From positions 1,696,001 to 1,760,000 of the forward strand of contig OZ245056.1 of the NCBI GenBank assembly GCA_965224705.1: a stretch of 64,000 nt of DNA. The letters run 5' to 3'. Numbering within the stretch: the first letter of the stretch is position 1; the number at the start of each line of letters is the position of its first letter. Origin of the DNA: Spirochaetaceae bacterium (GTDB lineage Bacteria > Spirochaetota > Spirochaetia > DSM-2461). Shown here piece by piece: positions 9,501-18,751 of this stretch. The notes beneath the pieces are model-generated. The model ran no database searches, was not told where the DNA came from, and saw only the letters and a list, made by a program, of their open reading frames with translations. Position numbers and translations under genes: made by a program.

Positions 9501-10793
9501 AGGCGATTGTTCTATAACAGTATCCCCCTGACTAACGCCAAGCTCTATGGGGCGGTTATTCAGAATGGCAGTTACTCTACAGCAAATGGGGGAGCGGTGT
9601 TCAGCATGAGTTCAACTACCGCGTTTATCGACGTGCGCTTCCTCAATAACACCTCAGGAAGTAATGGCGGAGCTGTATACGACAGAGACGGTACTGTTAA
9701 GTTTTCTAATGTTACATTCGACGGCAATACTTCCACTGTCGCTACCACTGGTTCCGTCGGCGGCGGAGCTCTCTACACTGACACTTCAAGTGCCGAACTC
9801 ACCGACGTGGTATTTAAAAACAATAAAGCCCATGCTTACGGTGGGGGCCACTATAGCCTTAACGCATCTCTTGAGTACAGCCGAGTGCAATTCCTGAACA
9901 ATGAATCCGGCCTGTCTAAAGAGGGGGACGGCGGGGGTTTATTCGTGAGAAGTGGTACTAATGTTAAGCTTTCTCATGTAATATTTGATGGCAACAACAC
10001 AGCCAAAGGTAATGGCGGGGGAGCCAGCATTTGGACTGCTACCGGGACCTCATTATCCCATGTGACTTTCAAGAATAATACGATTCTATCCTACCAAAAT
10101 GGTGGAGGATTGTATGCCTGGGAGTCAGACTTCAGCGTTTCTCATGCGACATTTTCTGGAAATTCGGGGAGGGGTTCCGCGATTGGAACAAAGAAGTCCA
10201 CGTATGAGCTCAACCAGATGACAATCACGGAGAATGATGGCGATGCGGTAATATTCTATGGCGAAGACTCAAACGCGGTGATTACCAACACCCTCATCTG
10301 GGGGAACACAGCCACAATAGGAGGAGGTGTAGAAGTTGCGCCCGCGTTCTGGTTAGAACCCAAGGCCAACACGACGGATGTTTTGACGATTTACAACAGT
10401 TTATGGGAGGAGGGCATCAGGGAGTATGGTGGTGTTAAAGGTTTCTATTTATGGGGCGGCAGCGGCTCCGCCGTAACCCTTACCCAAGCCAGCAATATCA
10501 TTACCGACGGGACTGAGGCTGCAGTGCTCGGCAGCTTGATGACCACCGGCGACGAATACCTCATGACTTATCCCCTGACCACAGGCAGTCTGGCCCAGAA
10601 CGCGGGCATCTATGTCCAGCGGGGGACGGACGGTACCTATTACTACAGTGGTGATAACTCGAATTGGTTCGAAGAACCGGGACTTACCACTTCCGTTACG
10701 CTGCCCAGCGGCACGGAGGAACTGACGGCGAAGGATGTTCCGGGGAATAACCGCAACGGTGTCCCCGACATCGGTGCCTACGAACTGCAATAG
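3564..10793 (+). CDS. Giant surface lipoprotein/adhesin (~2409 aa): Ig-like repeats, FN3 repeats, Pmp-like beta-helix, C-terminal DIGAYE motif
   Basis: ATG at 3564 follows AAGGA and gives lipoprotein signal MLKTVLKSLAFFSILFLMAC. Tandem 'DSADSVTxDITLP..TTVTWES..VTRP..VTLTATI' repeats, FN3 motifs (P..P, W..P, Y.IYY, L..GTQY.F), GGA[VL]/FxxN repeats and terminal 'PDIGAYELQ' follow. Confidence 0.85.
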   Translation: MLKTVLKSLAFFSILFLMACPSPVVDTGDADAVASAKAALTIGYKAADGYYPTADSADSVTADITLPSTGTGGTTVTWESSKASVIGTDGSVTRPASGAGDETITLTATISKGNAEDTREFTLIVKQKTAADVDIDTAESNLAISYAGTDAADSVTEDITLPTLGSEDTTVTWESDNEAIVIQNGQATVNRPLSSAADAEVTLTATISKQGGRSITKTFTLTVKKNADAAGDNLAAAKAALVIDYAGSDTADAVTEDITLPDTGEHDSTITWESGDTNIISDAGIVTRGDFADGEGHEQVTLTATITIAPSSVTKSFTLTVLEEDPSDQQAVNTAKADLSVSYAAGDSQKVVTANFELPAKGKYDTDIAWNSDNTAIEISQTPSNGFYTATVTRPDLTTGDVSVILKATISRGTTEETRQFFPTVEASGKPEITGSIAYVIQATTYGTGTTTPVDAQGLDGRKDLAYALVKDVPGITVNEANGELEIGVGVQAGEHSITVELRSSDTTGTLEWSGTITVEKKLLTGESLTYPALTTVRGADSGNMASPLAGFLAGGDNLADVVDFAIAKTGTGGSGTDSDVSISTDGVVTVETDIEITATEYTVTATAKTDGSYADFTTGTITVTVGTPSIDGEFDHSIPTSITYGEGATYSVESNTVTGESVTFALENPVTGITVASNGEITVAADLDAGTHSITVKATALDLLGTVTKSYTITIDPKSISAASLTYAPLTVDRDASTGNTVTPTLTSLTDLLVSGDSLTDAVSFSIAKTGTSGTGTDGAVSVDDNGVVTAITSTVFTATEYTVTATGKGNYAGSPTGTITVTVNTPAMSGDFDYDIPDSITYGDGPTYGISTNNIATTQGLTFALETSVPGITVAPGDGTITVDENLAVADYDITVKATSADFTGEISQDETISVQKKSITGTLGYTALTLAVNAQDNTSTSPTVNFLVGGDALADAVDFTIAKKSGPGPAAGSIAADGVITVNTATNFTETVYTVTATGKGNYDGSITGDISITVTADDVGPGKPGNFGVSTESNGGVKLTWAEPTDKGIYNNTTATITGYTIYYSTSSTFTKGNAETTIPDLDSALTSHTITSGLTAGTQYYFLMTATNGHGEGGVTDTLSTYTNSAPGAPALTLATTSTGVSVDWNVSDLGYYEGKDAALTGIDIYYANQSNVSTSGTPVSVSTSSATGSENIDIADPGVKYYFIATATNGAATGSPTSPAVSVTLDKAPGAPTGFSATGGTTEVTLNWDVPSDLGYKDNAEGSITSYHIYYKEGSSVSTTDSTGTATAASTDRSKTISSLTAGTQYAFIMTAETGAGVGAATTVKTVYTNAAPGAPTLISVTGGDEEATLVWTAPSDKGYSGGSTATLSGYYIYYSTTSGFNKATSGVTKSGLLGVGASPHTITGLTTAGTQYYFLVTAANAADEGTASNEESTYTDGGPGAPTLTVTATSTGVSVGWTVSDPGYSGGSAASVTGIDIYYADQTGVTTTSGGAHVSVSTTSATGTEAITIDDPGVEYYFIATATTGAGTSVGSTEASVILNKAPGAPASFTATGGDEEVTLNWAAPSDLGYVNGSEGSITSYAIYYKAGSSVTTSDYDTVTTAILTATSKTITGLSAGTLYHFIMTASNGHAESAPTDERATHTDTVPEKPTGVSLSGGDQRVTLTWTAPGNTGYVGGSAGTLTGYNIYYSQNSGVTVENGTKHEVNSGTATMQEISNLAPNTQYYFIITAKTAAGESLPTTAETFTISPAFSSGEVTMDVNEIITRVGTAASEQVTFGGSLTAGTHYTLSLQRPQGASSSVTINDATGLITVANTVAAADGGQYTVIAAGSGGQKLSAAFTLTLYDTDLAGLLLNGERIPADLSNSDAFTQAILADYNADATMTAFYVTENGAGSKDGSSWANAIAGTGLRSELQSPAGDADNIHFILVGAGTYKPTKQMMMRSHAAIIGGWPASGGWIRGGAETIFDGEKQRRLFYNSIPLTNAKLYGAVIQNGSYSTANGGAVFSMSSTTAFIDVRFLNNTSGSNGGAVYDRDGTVKFSNVTFDGNTSTVATTGSVGGGALYTDTSSAELTDVVFKNNKAHAYGGGHYSLNASLEYSRVQFLNNESGLSKEGDGGGLFVRSGTNVKLSHVIFDGNNTAKGNGGGASIWTATGTSLSHVTFKNNTILSYQNGGGLYAWESDFSVSHATFSGNSGRGSAIGTKKSTYELNQMTITENDGDAVIFYGEDSNAVITNTLIWGNTATIGGGVEVAPAFWLEPKANTTDVLTIYNSLWEEGIREYGGVKGFYLWGGSGSAVTLTQASNIITDGTEAAVLGSLMTTGDEYLMTYPLTTGSLAQNAGIYVQRGTDGTYYYSGDNSNWFEEPGLTTSVTLPSGTEELTAKDVPGNNRNGVPDIGAYELQ

Positions 10794-10798
10794 GGTTT

Positions 10799-10897
10799 TT
10801 CCGGTTCCGGCTGATAGCCGGAACCGGGAATTGGATGTTTTGAACACGGAAAGGCCCACAGGCCGCGGATAAAGCCGCAGTCTGTGGGCCTTTTTTT
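10799..10897. terminator. Two hairpins between convergent genes; the second is a probable intrinsic terminator
   Basis: TTCCGGTTCCGGCT-GAT-AGCCGGAACCGGGA, then AAAGGCCCACAG...CTGTGGGCCTTTTTTT. Confidence 0.75.
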
Positions 10898-10919
10898 AGC
10901 TCGGAATAGGTCACGCAGT

Positions 10920-11780
10920 TCAGGCGGCTTCACGGCTGTAATCCACCGCAATGACAATGCTTAAAAACATCAGGGCGAAACCCACAATCATTAAAGAGGT
11001 GAGAGGCTCTTTGACGATAAGCACGGACAGAAGAGTGCCAAAGGCCGCTTCGGTCGACAGAAGAAGCGCGGCCTTGGACTGAGAGACATAGCGCTGGGCG
11101 CTATGCTGCAGGAAGAATGCGATCAGAGTGCTGAACATCGCCAGATATCCAACGTAGGCCAATCCCTCCAGATTCGGGACGAAAACCTTCTCAAGACTGA
11201 ATGCGGCAATGATGGAAATGACAGCGGCAACAAGAAACTGAAGGAAAACGATTTTCGTCACATTACATCCTTTCTCCCTCACGTAGTAGCCAATGAAATA
11301 GATATGAAACGCAAAGAGAACGGCGCAGAGAAGAGTGAGGATATCTCCGATATTCATTCCAGAGAACCCATTCAACGTTATGAGCGCTATGCCGAAGATG
11401 GCGAGGACGACGGACAGGATAATCTTCCGTTTGATGCGCCTTCTGGTCAAAAAGAAAAAGATGAAGGGTGTGAAGATGATGTTTGTCGCGGTGAGAAAAG
11501 CGTTCTTGGATGGCGTGGTATACTGCAGCCCTATGGTCTGAAGGATGAATGCCGTTCCCAGAAAGGATCCCAGCACAAATCCGGGCAAAAGCAGCGGTTT
11601 CAGGTTTCTTAGACGGCGGAATAATACGGCATAAAAAAGCATGGATGCGATGGTGAACCGCAGAGCCGTAACAAAAATCGGCGGTAACCCGGCTGCCAGG
11701 GCGCCGTGTGTACCGATGAAGCCGCTTCCCCAAATCACGGCGATTAGAAGCAGAATCCCTTCAGCGGATCGGGGCGACAT
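10920..11780 (-). CDS. DMT/EamA family transporter
   Basis: About ten hydrophobic helices, with motifs IWGSGF, LRF, QTIGLQYTTPSKNAFLT and GDILTLLCA. Confidence 0.9.
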   Translation of the reverse strand: MSPRSAEGILLLIAVIWGSGFIGTHGALAAGLPPIFVTALRFTIASMLFYAVLFRRLRNLKPLLLPGFVLGSFLGTAFILQTIGLQYTTPSKNAFLTATNIIFTPFIFFFLTRRRIKRKIILSVVLAIFGIALITLNGFSGMNIGDILTLLCAVLFAFHIYFIGYYVREKGCNVTKIVFLQFLVAAVISIIAAFSLEKVFVPNLEGLAYVGYLAMFSTLIAFFLQHSAQRYVSQSKAALLLSTEAAFGTLLSVLIVKEPLTSLMIVGFALMFLSIVIAVDYSREAA

Positions 11781-11991
11781 GGGGGGTTCCGATTTTCAGC
11801 ATAACGGCGCAGCCTGGCGGTGCGGCCAGCGTCCTCTGGAGTACTTTGTTCCGTTCTGGCTTAAACATTGCGGCTGGTTCCTTTTGAAATGAGGGCTATA
11901 TCAAATCATGCTTCAAGAGCTGAGAATACACTGTACAGGGTTGGGGTATCCTGCCGGACTCAGTTGAGACCGGGCAGGATGGCTTTGTCCC

Positions 11992-12882
11992 CTACTTAAC
12001 CAGCCTCAGGGCAACGGGGATGTAATCATCCAGGGGCACATTGCGGAGCATGTCGGCAACAGCCTCCACACCCAGGGAACCTATCAAGGCAGGCTGCTGG
12101 GCCACCGTAGCCGCCATGGTTCCCGCTTCCACGGACTTCACGGCATCATCGGTGGCATCAAAACCCACCACCAGGATGTCTCGTCCACTGCCTTCCACAG
12201 CCTTCAAGGCCCCCAGGGCCATCTCGTCGTTGTGGGCAAAGACGGCATCAATTTCGGGCTGACCCTGGAGGATGTTCTCCATTACGTTGAGACCCTTTGT
12301 CCGATCAAAGTCGGCGGTTTGGCGGGCCACCACGGTAACATCCGAACCTTTCAGGGCCTCGTTAAAACCCTTGCCGCGATCACGGGCGGCGGAGGTTCCG
12401 GGGATTCCCTCTAACTCCACAACTTTGCCGCTTCCGTTAAGGATATCCAGGATAAACTCTCCGGCCATCACGCCGCCAGCCACGTTATCCGAGGCAATGT
12501 GGGTTACAACCTCACCTGAGTCGGCTCCCCGATCCAGGGTGATCACGGGAATATCCTCTCGATTTGCCTTCTTAATGGCGTTGCCCACCGCATCTGAGTC
12601 GGCGGGATTGATGAGAATCGCATCGACGCCCCGGACAATCAAGTCTTCCACATTGGCTATCTCTTTGGCGGAGTCGTTCTGGGAATCAAGGACAACCAGG
12701 GAAAATCCCAGCTCCCGGGTCTTCGACTCCGCTCCGTCTTTCAGAGCAACGAAGAACGGATTGTTCAGCGTAGAGAGAACCAATCCAACACTCACGGTAT
12801 CATTTTTCTCCTTCTGGCCCCCCGCGAAAACAGGCAGTCCCACATAGATTACCGCAAGAATCAACAACAGAAATTTTTTCAT
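11992..12882 (-). CDS. rbsB: D-ribose ABC transporter substrate-binding protein
   Basis: [32 protein letters not shown] and [11 protein letters not shown] motifs. Start MKKFLL follows AGGAGG. Confidence 0.9.
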   Translation of the reverse strand: MKKFLLLILAVIYVGLPVFAGGQKEKNDTVSVGLVLSTLNNPFFVALKDGAESKTRELGFSLVVLDSQNDSAKEIANVEDLIVRGVDAILINPADSDAVGNAIKKANREDIPVITLDRGADSGEVVTHIASDNVAGGVMAGEFILDILNGSGKVVELEGIPGTSAARDRGKGFNEALKGSDVTVVARQTADFDRTKGLNVMENILQGQPEIDAVFAHNDEMALGALKAVEGSGRDILVVGFDATDDAVKSVEAGTMAATVAQQPALIGSLGVEAVADMLRNVPLDDYIPVALRLVK

Positions 12883-12928
12883 TTCTTCCTCCTTTTTCAT
12901 TTCTATCCGGTCAACGACCGGGTATTAT

Positions 12929-13861
12929 CTAGTTTTTATTACGGTCCAGCAGAACCGCAATCAGGATGACTGTCCCCTTGGCTATCATCTGATAATAGGA
13001 GGACACGTTCATCAGGTTCAGGGCATTGTTTAAAATGCCAATAATCAAAGCCCCTATGATGGTACCAAGGATCTTTCCCGATCCTCCGGCAAGACTGGTT
13101 CCTCCCAGGACCACCGCGGCGATGGCGTCAAGCTCGTACCCCGCTCCCGCGGTGGGTTGGGCGGAAGAAAGCCGGGAAGTGAGGATGATCCCCGCCGAAG
13201 CGGCGAGGAATCCGCTGATCCCGTAGACCAGTACCTTCAACCTCAAGATGGCGAGTCCTGAAAGGCGTGCCGCCTCTTCGTTTCCCCCCAACGCATAGAT
13301 GTATCTCCCAAACCGGGTTTGATGGAGGGTGTACCAGCCGACGGCATAAACAAGAATCATCATATAGACGGGGACGGGGATTCCCAATAGATATCCGTCT
13401 CCGAACCATGCGAAGGCCTCGGACCATAGTCCTTCACTGGCATTGATGGGCCTTCCATCGGTGAATACCAGAGTAGCTCCGCGCATGATGGTCATGGTGA
13501 CCAGGGTGGCAATAAAGGGCTGGACCCTGCCCCGGCTGATAATCGTTCCCGTGGCCGCGCCAAAGCATGCTCCGGCAATCATGGGGACCAGAATGACTAC
13601 AAGGATATTCAGATTCGCCCCCACAAGGGCAGCGGAAAGGGCCCCGCAGAATGCCAGGACTGATCCCACGGACAAATCAATTCCCCCGGTGAGGATGACG
13701 AATGTCATACCTGCGGCGATCACCGAATTGATTGAAGTCTGCCTTAGAACATTTAAGATGTTCGAAAGCGATAGAAATCGAGGATTCACAATCGATATAA
13801 CCGCCGAAAAAATCAGCAGAGCAATCAGGGGCCGCAGCTGCTTCAACCTCTCTCCTGTCAC
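12929..13861 (-). CDS. rbsC: Ribose ABC transporter permease
   Basis: GMTFVILTGGIDLSVG, GGNEEAARLSG and YELDAIAAVVLGGTSL motifs. Confidence 0.9.
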   Translation of the reverse strand: MTGERLKQLRPLIALLIFSAVISIVNPRFLSLSNILNVLRQTSINSVIAAGMTFVILTGGIDLSVGSVLAFCGALSAALVGANLNILVVILVPMIAGACFGAATGTIISRGRVQPFIATLVTMTIMRGATLVFTDGRPINASEGLWSEAFAWFGDGYLLGIPVPVYMMILVYAVGWYTLHQTRFGRYIYALGGNEEAARLSGLAILRLKVLVYGISGFLAASAGIILTSRLSSAQPTAGAGYELDAIAAVVLGGTSLAGGSGKILGTIIGALIIGILNNALNLMNVSSYYQMIAKGTVILIAVLLDRNKN

Positions 13862-13862
13862 C

Positions 13863-15365
13863 CTATTTTTCCTTGATCCCTATGGCCAAACGCATGATTG
13901 ACTCCTGGGTTGCCTTTTCCCGCGTCAGTTCGCCTTCTATTGTATTGCTGCGCATCACCATGACGCGATCACTTATTCCAAGAAGTTCCGGCATTTCCGA
14001 AGAAATCATGATAATGCCCAGCCCTTCGGCTTTGAACTTGTTGATGAGTTTGTAGATTTCTTTCTTTGCTCCCACATCGACCCCTCTGGTGGGTTCATCC
14101 ATAATAAGGACTTTGGGCTTGGTAATCAATCCCCGGGCTATGGATACCTTTTGCTGGTTGCCGCCGCTCAGGGTTCCCACCATCTGCTGGCGGCTGGAGG
14201 TCTTGATGGCGAGATCCTTGATGTAGCCATCCACCACCCGGTTTCGCTCTCCTTCGTCAGTGCGAAAGCCGAATTTCTCGTACTGTCTCAGCACCGGGAG
14301 GGTCATGTTATCCTTGAGATTCATCCCTGGAAAGAGGCCAAGCTGCTTCCGGTCCTCGGAAATGTAGGCAATTCCCTTGCTTATGGCCCTGGCGGGGCTG
14401 TCAATACGCTCCTTCTTTCCGTCAAGAATGATGGATCCCCCGGTGGGAGGATGGATACCAAAGAGAGTCAGTGCCAATTCCGTACGTCCCGCCCCCATCA
14501 ATCCGGCAAGTCCCACCACCTCGCCCCGGCGTATGGAAAAGTTGATGTTCCGGGAGACCGCGCTTTCCAATCCCCTTACAGTCAATAAAGGTTCCCCGGC
14601 CTCCATCTTCTGGTAGGGGATGTAATCCTCCAACCTTCGACCCACCATCATTTCTATAATACTGTCTTCATCCAGGGCGCTCACCGGTTCTTCACCGATG
14701 AACTTACCGTCTCTCAGGACCGTTACCCGATCACAAATCTGGAAAACCTCGGAAAGGCGGTGGGAAATGTAGACCAGGGCCTTGCCGCTTCTCTTGAGTT
14801 CCTTAATTACTCGAAAGAGGTTTTCCGTTTCTTGATCAGTCAGGGCATCGGTGGGTTCATCGAAGATAAGGATCTGGGCATTCATAGAGAGTGCTTTGGC
14901 GATCTCCACCATCTGCTGATCCCCTATGCTCAGTTTTGCGGCGGAAATTCTGGGATCAATCTTCACCCCAAGACGGTCCAAAAGCCTCCGTGATTCACCC
15001 ATCATCATCTTCCAGTCGAGCCTTCCGGTCTTCAATACCGGTTCTCGGCCAAGGTAGATATTCTCTCCCACACTGAGACCGGGGATGAGATTCAACTCCT
15101 GGTAGATAATGGCGATCCCCTGATCCATGGCTTTCCGTGGAGAGGATGGGTTAAGCTCCCTTCCCCCCATGGTGATCAAACCGGTTTCATGGGGGTACAT
15201 CCCACTCAAGACCTTCATCAGAGTGGATTTCCCCGCACCATTCTCCCCCAGTAAAGCCATGACTTCATTAGGAAAGATCCGCAGCCGCGCCCCATCCAGA
15301 GCCGTTACTCCAGGAAATTTTTTGGTAATGTCCCTCATTTCCAGGAGGACCGGCTCATTGCTCAC
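13863..15365 (-). CDS. rbsA: Ribose ABC transporter ATP-binding protein
   Basis: Two ABC domains: GENGAGKST, YISHRL, LSGGNQQK and DEPTRGVDVGAK. Confidence 0.9.
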   Translation of the reverse strand: MSNEPVLLEMRDITKKFPGVTALDGARLRIFPNEVMALLGENGAGKSTLMKVLSGMYPHETGLITMGGRELNPSSPRKAMDQGIAIIYQELNLIPGLSVGENIYLGREPVLKTGRLDWKMMMGESRRLLDRLGVKIDPRISAAKLSIGDQQMVEIAKALSMNAQILIFDEPTDALTDQETENLFRVIKELKRSGKALVYISHRLSEVFQICDRVTVLRDGKFIGEEPVSALDEDSIIEMMVGRRLEDYIPYQKMEAGEPLLTVRGLESAVSRNINFSIRRGEVVGLAGLMGAGRTELALTLFGIHPPTGGSIILDGKKERIDSPARAISKGIAYISEDRKQLGLFPGMNLKDNMTLPVLRQYEKFGFRTDEGERNRVVDGYIKDLAIKTSSRQQMVGTLSGGNQQKVSIARGLITKPKVLIMDEPTRGVDVGAKKEIYKLINKFKAEGLGIIMISSEMPELLGISDRVMVMRSNTIEGELTREKATQESIMRLAIGIKEK

Positions 15366-15784
15366 GAAAAAGCTACCCCCGAATAGAGGATGATGTTGGC
15401 ATAGGGCTTCATTTCTCCCGTCCGTACCACCGCCCTGGCGGAGGGGATCCTCTCTTTGAACGCCTGGTGGGAGATGAATTCAAACTCCACCTGCAATCCC
15501 GACAGCCTCCGATACCCTTCAATGAGTCCCTCAATTCTCTGAAGTCCCTCGGGATTGGCCTTTCGGATCTCTTCGGCCAGGACCACCTTTTCGATATAAA
15601 GGTCCTCCAGTACCGTGGAGAGCACATCGAAGAAGGAAGGTAAGCCCGCCTTTACCACCAGATCAATACGCCAGGATTCTTCAGGGATGGGCAGTCCCGC
15701 ATCACTGATGACAAGGCTATCGGTATGTCCCATGGAAGCGATGGCGAAAGAAACGTCAGCATTCAGTAAATTTCCTCTTTTCAC
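15362..15784 (-). CDS. rbsD: D-ribose pyranase
   Basis: MGHTDSLVISDAGLPIP and VVRTGEMKPYANIIL motifs; first gene of the rbs operon. Confidence 0.9.
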   Translation of the reverse strand: MKRGNLLNADVSFAIASMGHTDSLVISDAGLPIPEESWRIDLVVKAGLPSFFDVLSTVLEDLYIEKVVLAEEIRKANPEGLQRIEGLIEGYRRLSGLQVEFEFISHQAFKERIPSARAVVRTGEMKPYANIILYSGVAFS

Positions 15785-15806
15785 AATAAGCTTTTAATCC
15801 TTTCAG

Positions 15807-16209
15807 AGTGTCAGCAAGCTTGTTGAATTCTCACTTTTTCTAGTAACTACAAGGTTCTAAATCATCAAAACACTCGGATTAGGAGTCTGTCGGACTTACG
15901 CCTCACGGCTCGATTTTTGCCCTTCTCTCCAGAAGCAAGCCTCCTGCTTGCTTCCTCCGAGCCGCCTTCGTTCGTTTTCGCCGCCATCCGTGGCGGCTTT
16001 TCCTCGCTATCGCTCGGCACTCTCTCAGGATGCGAGTTTATAGACTCGCATCCCCTGCTGCTGCGTTGCCAAAATACTCACGTAGCCCAGCTACGCTCCG
16101 TTTTTGTCGCCTTGCATCAGGCAAAAATCATCAAAAATCGCCTCAAAGTCTTAAAGTCCGACAGACTCCTAGAGAAATGTTTTTCTATTTTAACAAGCTT
16201 TCTGACACT
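15807..16209. repeat. Family C inverted-repeat element enclosing a MITE A copy
   Basis: AGTGTCAGCAAGCTTGT (15807-15823) and ACAAGCTTTCTGACACT (16193-16209). Confidence 0.6.
15883..16168 (+). mobile_element. MITE A copy carrying a ~120-bp palindromic insert
   Basis: Family A TIRs with TTAG/CTAG flanks. Extra sequence ~15931-16050 is absent from the other copies. Confidence 0.85.
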
Positions 16210-16272
16210 TGGTATTGGTCAAAATCCTATTAGTAAAACTCCCTGCCTGTCAAGGAAAACTCATCAGGTATA

Positions 16273-16731
16273 GAAATTCCCCAACCGCCTCCGACATTCC
16301 CCTTATTCCAGCAGAGATGCCTCTTCTTCTCCCAAAAGCACACAGGGTGGACCGAGCTGTCCCTACAAGGAGACACAGGAGTTTTCAATGAATTCGACGA
16401 TCGACTTAAAACGGCCCCTGCTTCAACCGATTTGAACCGAGAAGTTTTTTGAATGCGCTTTGACGGCTTTTGTTGTCGAGAGCCAGGAACAGGCCGACAA
16501 TGGGCATCAGGAAGATGGAGGTGATGATGTGGGTTAAGGGGATCTGAGGCTTGCGGCGGATATCGGTAAAGCAGGAGCCGATTCTTCCGGGCAGATTAAC
16601 CCTGGTTTTGAGCAGTCTGATTATATTCTTCATACACCCTTCCGGGTAGTTTTACTTATAGGTAATCTGGATTGAGGGATATTTCTGGATCGCTGAGGCA
16701 GGGTGGATGATTTTTTTAGCCTGGGAATTTC
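16273..16731 (-). mobile_element. IS family B remnant with both TIRs and a transposase-like N-terminal fragment
   Basis: Ends GAAATTCCCCAA and CTGGGAATTTC. ORF 16406-16633 is near-identical to the N-terminus of ORF 18871-19239. Confidence 0.65.
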
Positions 16732-16807
16732 CAATCTCCTTGAATGCCCTTTCAAAGCTTACCCCCAAACTGTTATGATGGGAGCATCAATAAGGAGGTC
16801 TTCCGTT

Positions 16808-18700
16808 ATGGAAACATCTATACCACGCCTACTTCGACACACGGTGGACAAGTATCCCGAATTTACCGCGCAAATGCACAAGGACTCTGACGGAACATTC
16901 CAGGCCACCTCTTTCCGCCAACTATACGATCAGACAAGACAGTTTGCCGTTGGACTGCGCCGTCACGGCGTGAAGCGCGGCGACCGTGTGGGCCTAATAT
17001 CAGATAACCGGCAGGAATGGCTCGTCGCCGACCTGGCCATCCTGAGTCTTGGGGCCATGGACGTACCCCGCGGCTGTGACTCCGATGCCGATGAAATTGC
17101 CTACATACTCTCGTTCTCGGAATGCTCCCTTTGCGTCCTGGAAAACATCGGGCAACTCGAAAAGGTGGCGAACCGGGAGAAAGATATTCCCAGTCTCAAG
17201 GAGGTCATCATACTCGATCCGGATTTCGACCCGCAGTCAGCACCTCAATGCCAATTCGCGATACACCCCTATCGCGACATCCTGACCATGGGTGAAAATG
17301 CTGATCTGGCTCCTATCGACGCTGAAATCGATTTGGGCAGTTCTGAAGACGTGGCAACCATCATCTTCACATCAGGCACCACGGGGAAGCCGAAAGGAGC
17401 GATGCTCACCCATCTCAACTTCCTCCATCAAGTGCAATGGGCCCCCGAGCGCATGGAGGTGCTTCCAGGAAACCGCTGGCTCAGCATCCTCCCGGTGTGG
17501 CACGCCTTTGAACGAGTCATCCAGTACGTGAGTCTGGGCTGTGCCAGCACCCTCTGCTACTCCAAACCTCTTGGCCCCATACTCCTGGCCGATATGCAGA
17601 AAGTCAAACCGACCTTCATGGCGTCGGTGCCTCGAATTTGGGAATCCATCCGTAACGGCGTGTACCGCAGCATCAACCAGGCCGGGGGTGTGAAAAAGTT
17701 CATGTTCCATTACTTCATGGCTGTCAGCAAGGCATGGACAAAGTCATCAAATCTGGTGAGGGGATTGCTCCCCCGATTCCGAAAGCGATCCCGCCTTCTG
17801 GATTTCATCGTCGGCATCATCCCCTTCGTCTCGCTCTGGCCTCTCAAGGCTCTCGGGTCCATCCTGGTCTTCAGGAAGATCAAGCAAAAGCTGGGGGGGC
17901 GGTTCGTGGGGGCCATTTCGGGCGGCGGCAGCCTTCCCGGTTATGTTGATGACTTCTTCCAGGCGGCGGGCGTACTTCTCCTTGAGGGATACGGCCTTAC
18001 CGAAAGCGCTCCAGTACTCACCCTGCGCTGGAGACACCACATGGTGCCCGGCACCATCGGGCCGCCGTTAAGGAAGACCGAAATAAAAATCGTCGGTGAG
18101 GACGGCCGCGTCCTCGGTCCCAATCAGGTTGGCATCCTGCATGCCCGAGGCCCTCAAGTAATGAAGGGATACTACAAGCGGGACGATCTCACTGCTGAAA
18201 TGATTGATCAGCACGGCTGGCTGAACACCGGGGATCTCGCCATGAAAACGCATGATGGAGAGTATGCCATCGTCGGCCGCGCCAAGGATACGATTGTCCT
18301 TCTTAGCGGCGAAAACATCGAACCATCCCCCATTGAAGACAAATTAAAGCTCAGCCCATACATCGAGTCAAGTATGGTTATCGGCCAGGACAAGAAGTAT
18401 CTTGGTGCCATCATCCAGGCCAACCTGGACAATGTGCGGGACTGGGCCGAAGCAAGCAGAAAGGTTTTCCATAGCGATGCGGAACTCCTTGGCAGTCCAG
18501 AGGTTCACGAGCTGATCGCGGCAGATATTTCGCAGATCATCAGTCCGAAGAGGGGGTTCAAGCCATTCGAACGGATAGCCCGCTTCTCGATTCTGCCTGA
18601 ACCCTTCGAGCTTGGACGGGATCTTTCCGCGAAGCAGGAAGTCAAGCGCCATGTTGTCTGCGAACACTACGCCGATGTGATTGCCGAGCTGTTTGATTAA
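16808..18700 (+). CDS. Long-chain fatty acid-CoA ligase (AMP-dependent synthetase)
   Basis: IIFTSGTTGKPKG, EGYGLTE, GPQVMKGYY, TGD and GENIEP motifs. ATG at 16808 follows AAGGAGG. Confidence 0.9.
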   Translation: METSIPRLLRHTVDKYPEFTAQMHKDSDGTFQATSFRQLYDQTRQFAVGLRRHGVKRGDRVGLISDNRQEWLVADLAILSLGAMDVPRGCDSDADEIAYILSFSECSLCVLENIGQLEKVANREKDIPSLKEVIILDPDFDPQSAPQCQFAIHPYRDILTMGENADLAPIDAEIDLGSSEDVATIIFTSGTTGKPKGAMLTHLNFLHQVQWAPERMEVLPGNRWLSILPVWHAFERVIQYVSLGCASTLCYSKPLGPILLADMQKVKPTFMASVPRIWESIRNGVYRSINQAGGVKKFMFHYFMAVSKAWTKSSNLVRGLLPRFRKRSRLLDFIVGIIPFVSLWPLKALGSILVFRKIKQKLGGRFVGAISGGGSLPGYVDDFFQAAGVLLLEGYGLTESAPVLTLRWRHHMVPGTIGPPLRKTEIKIVGEDGRVLGPNQVGILHARGPQVMKGYYKRDDLTAEMIDQHGWLNTGDLAMKTHDGEYAIVGRAKDTIVLLSGENIEPSPIEDKLKLSPYIESSMVIGQDKKYLGAIIQANLDNVRDWAEASRKVFHSDAELLGSPEVHELIAADISQIISPKRGFKPFERIARFSILPEPFELGRDLSAKQEVKRHVVCEHYADVIAELFD

Positions 18701-18751
18701 CGGGTCATTTTGTTTCAAAACTTATCTCCGTAAGAAACTGGAGGCCCCAAA

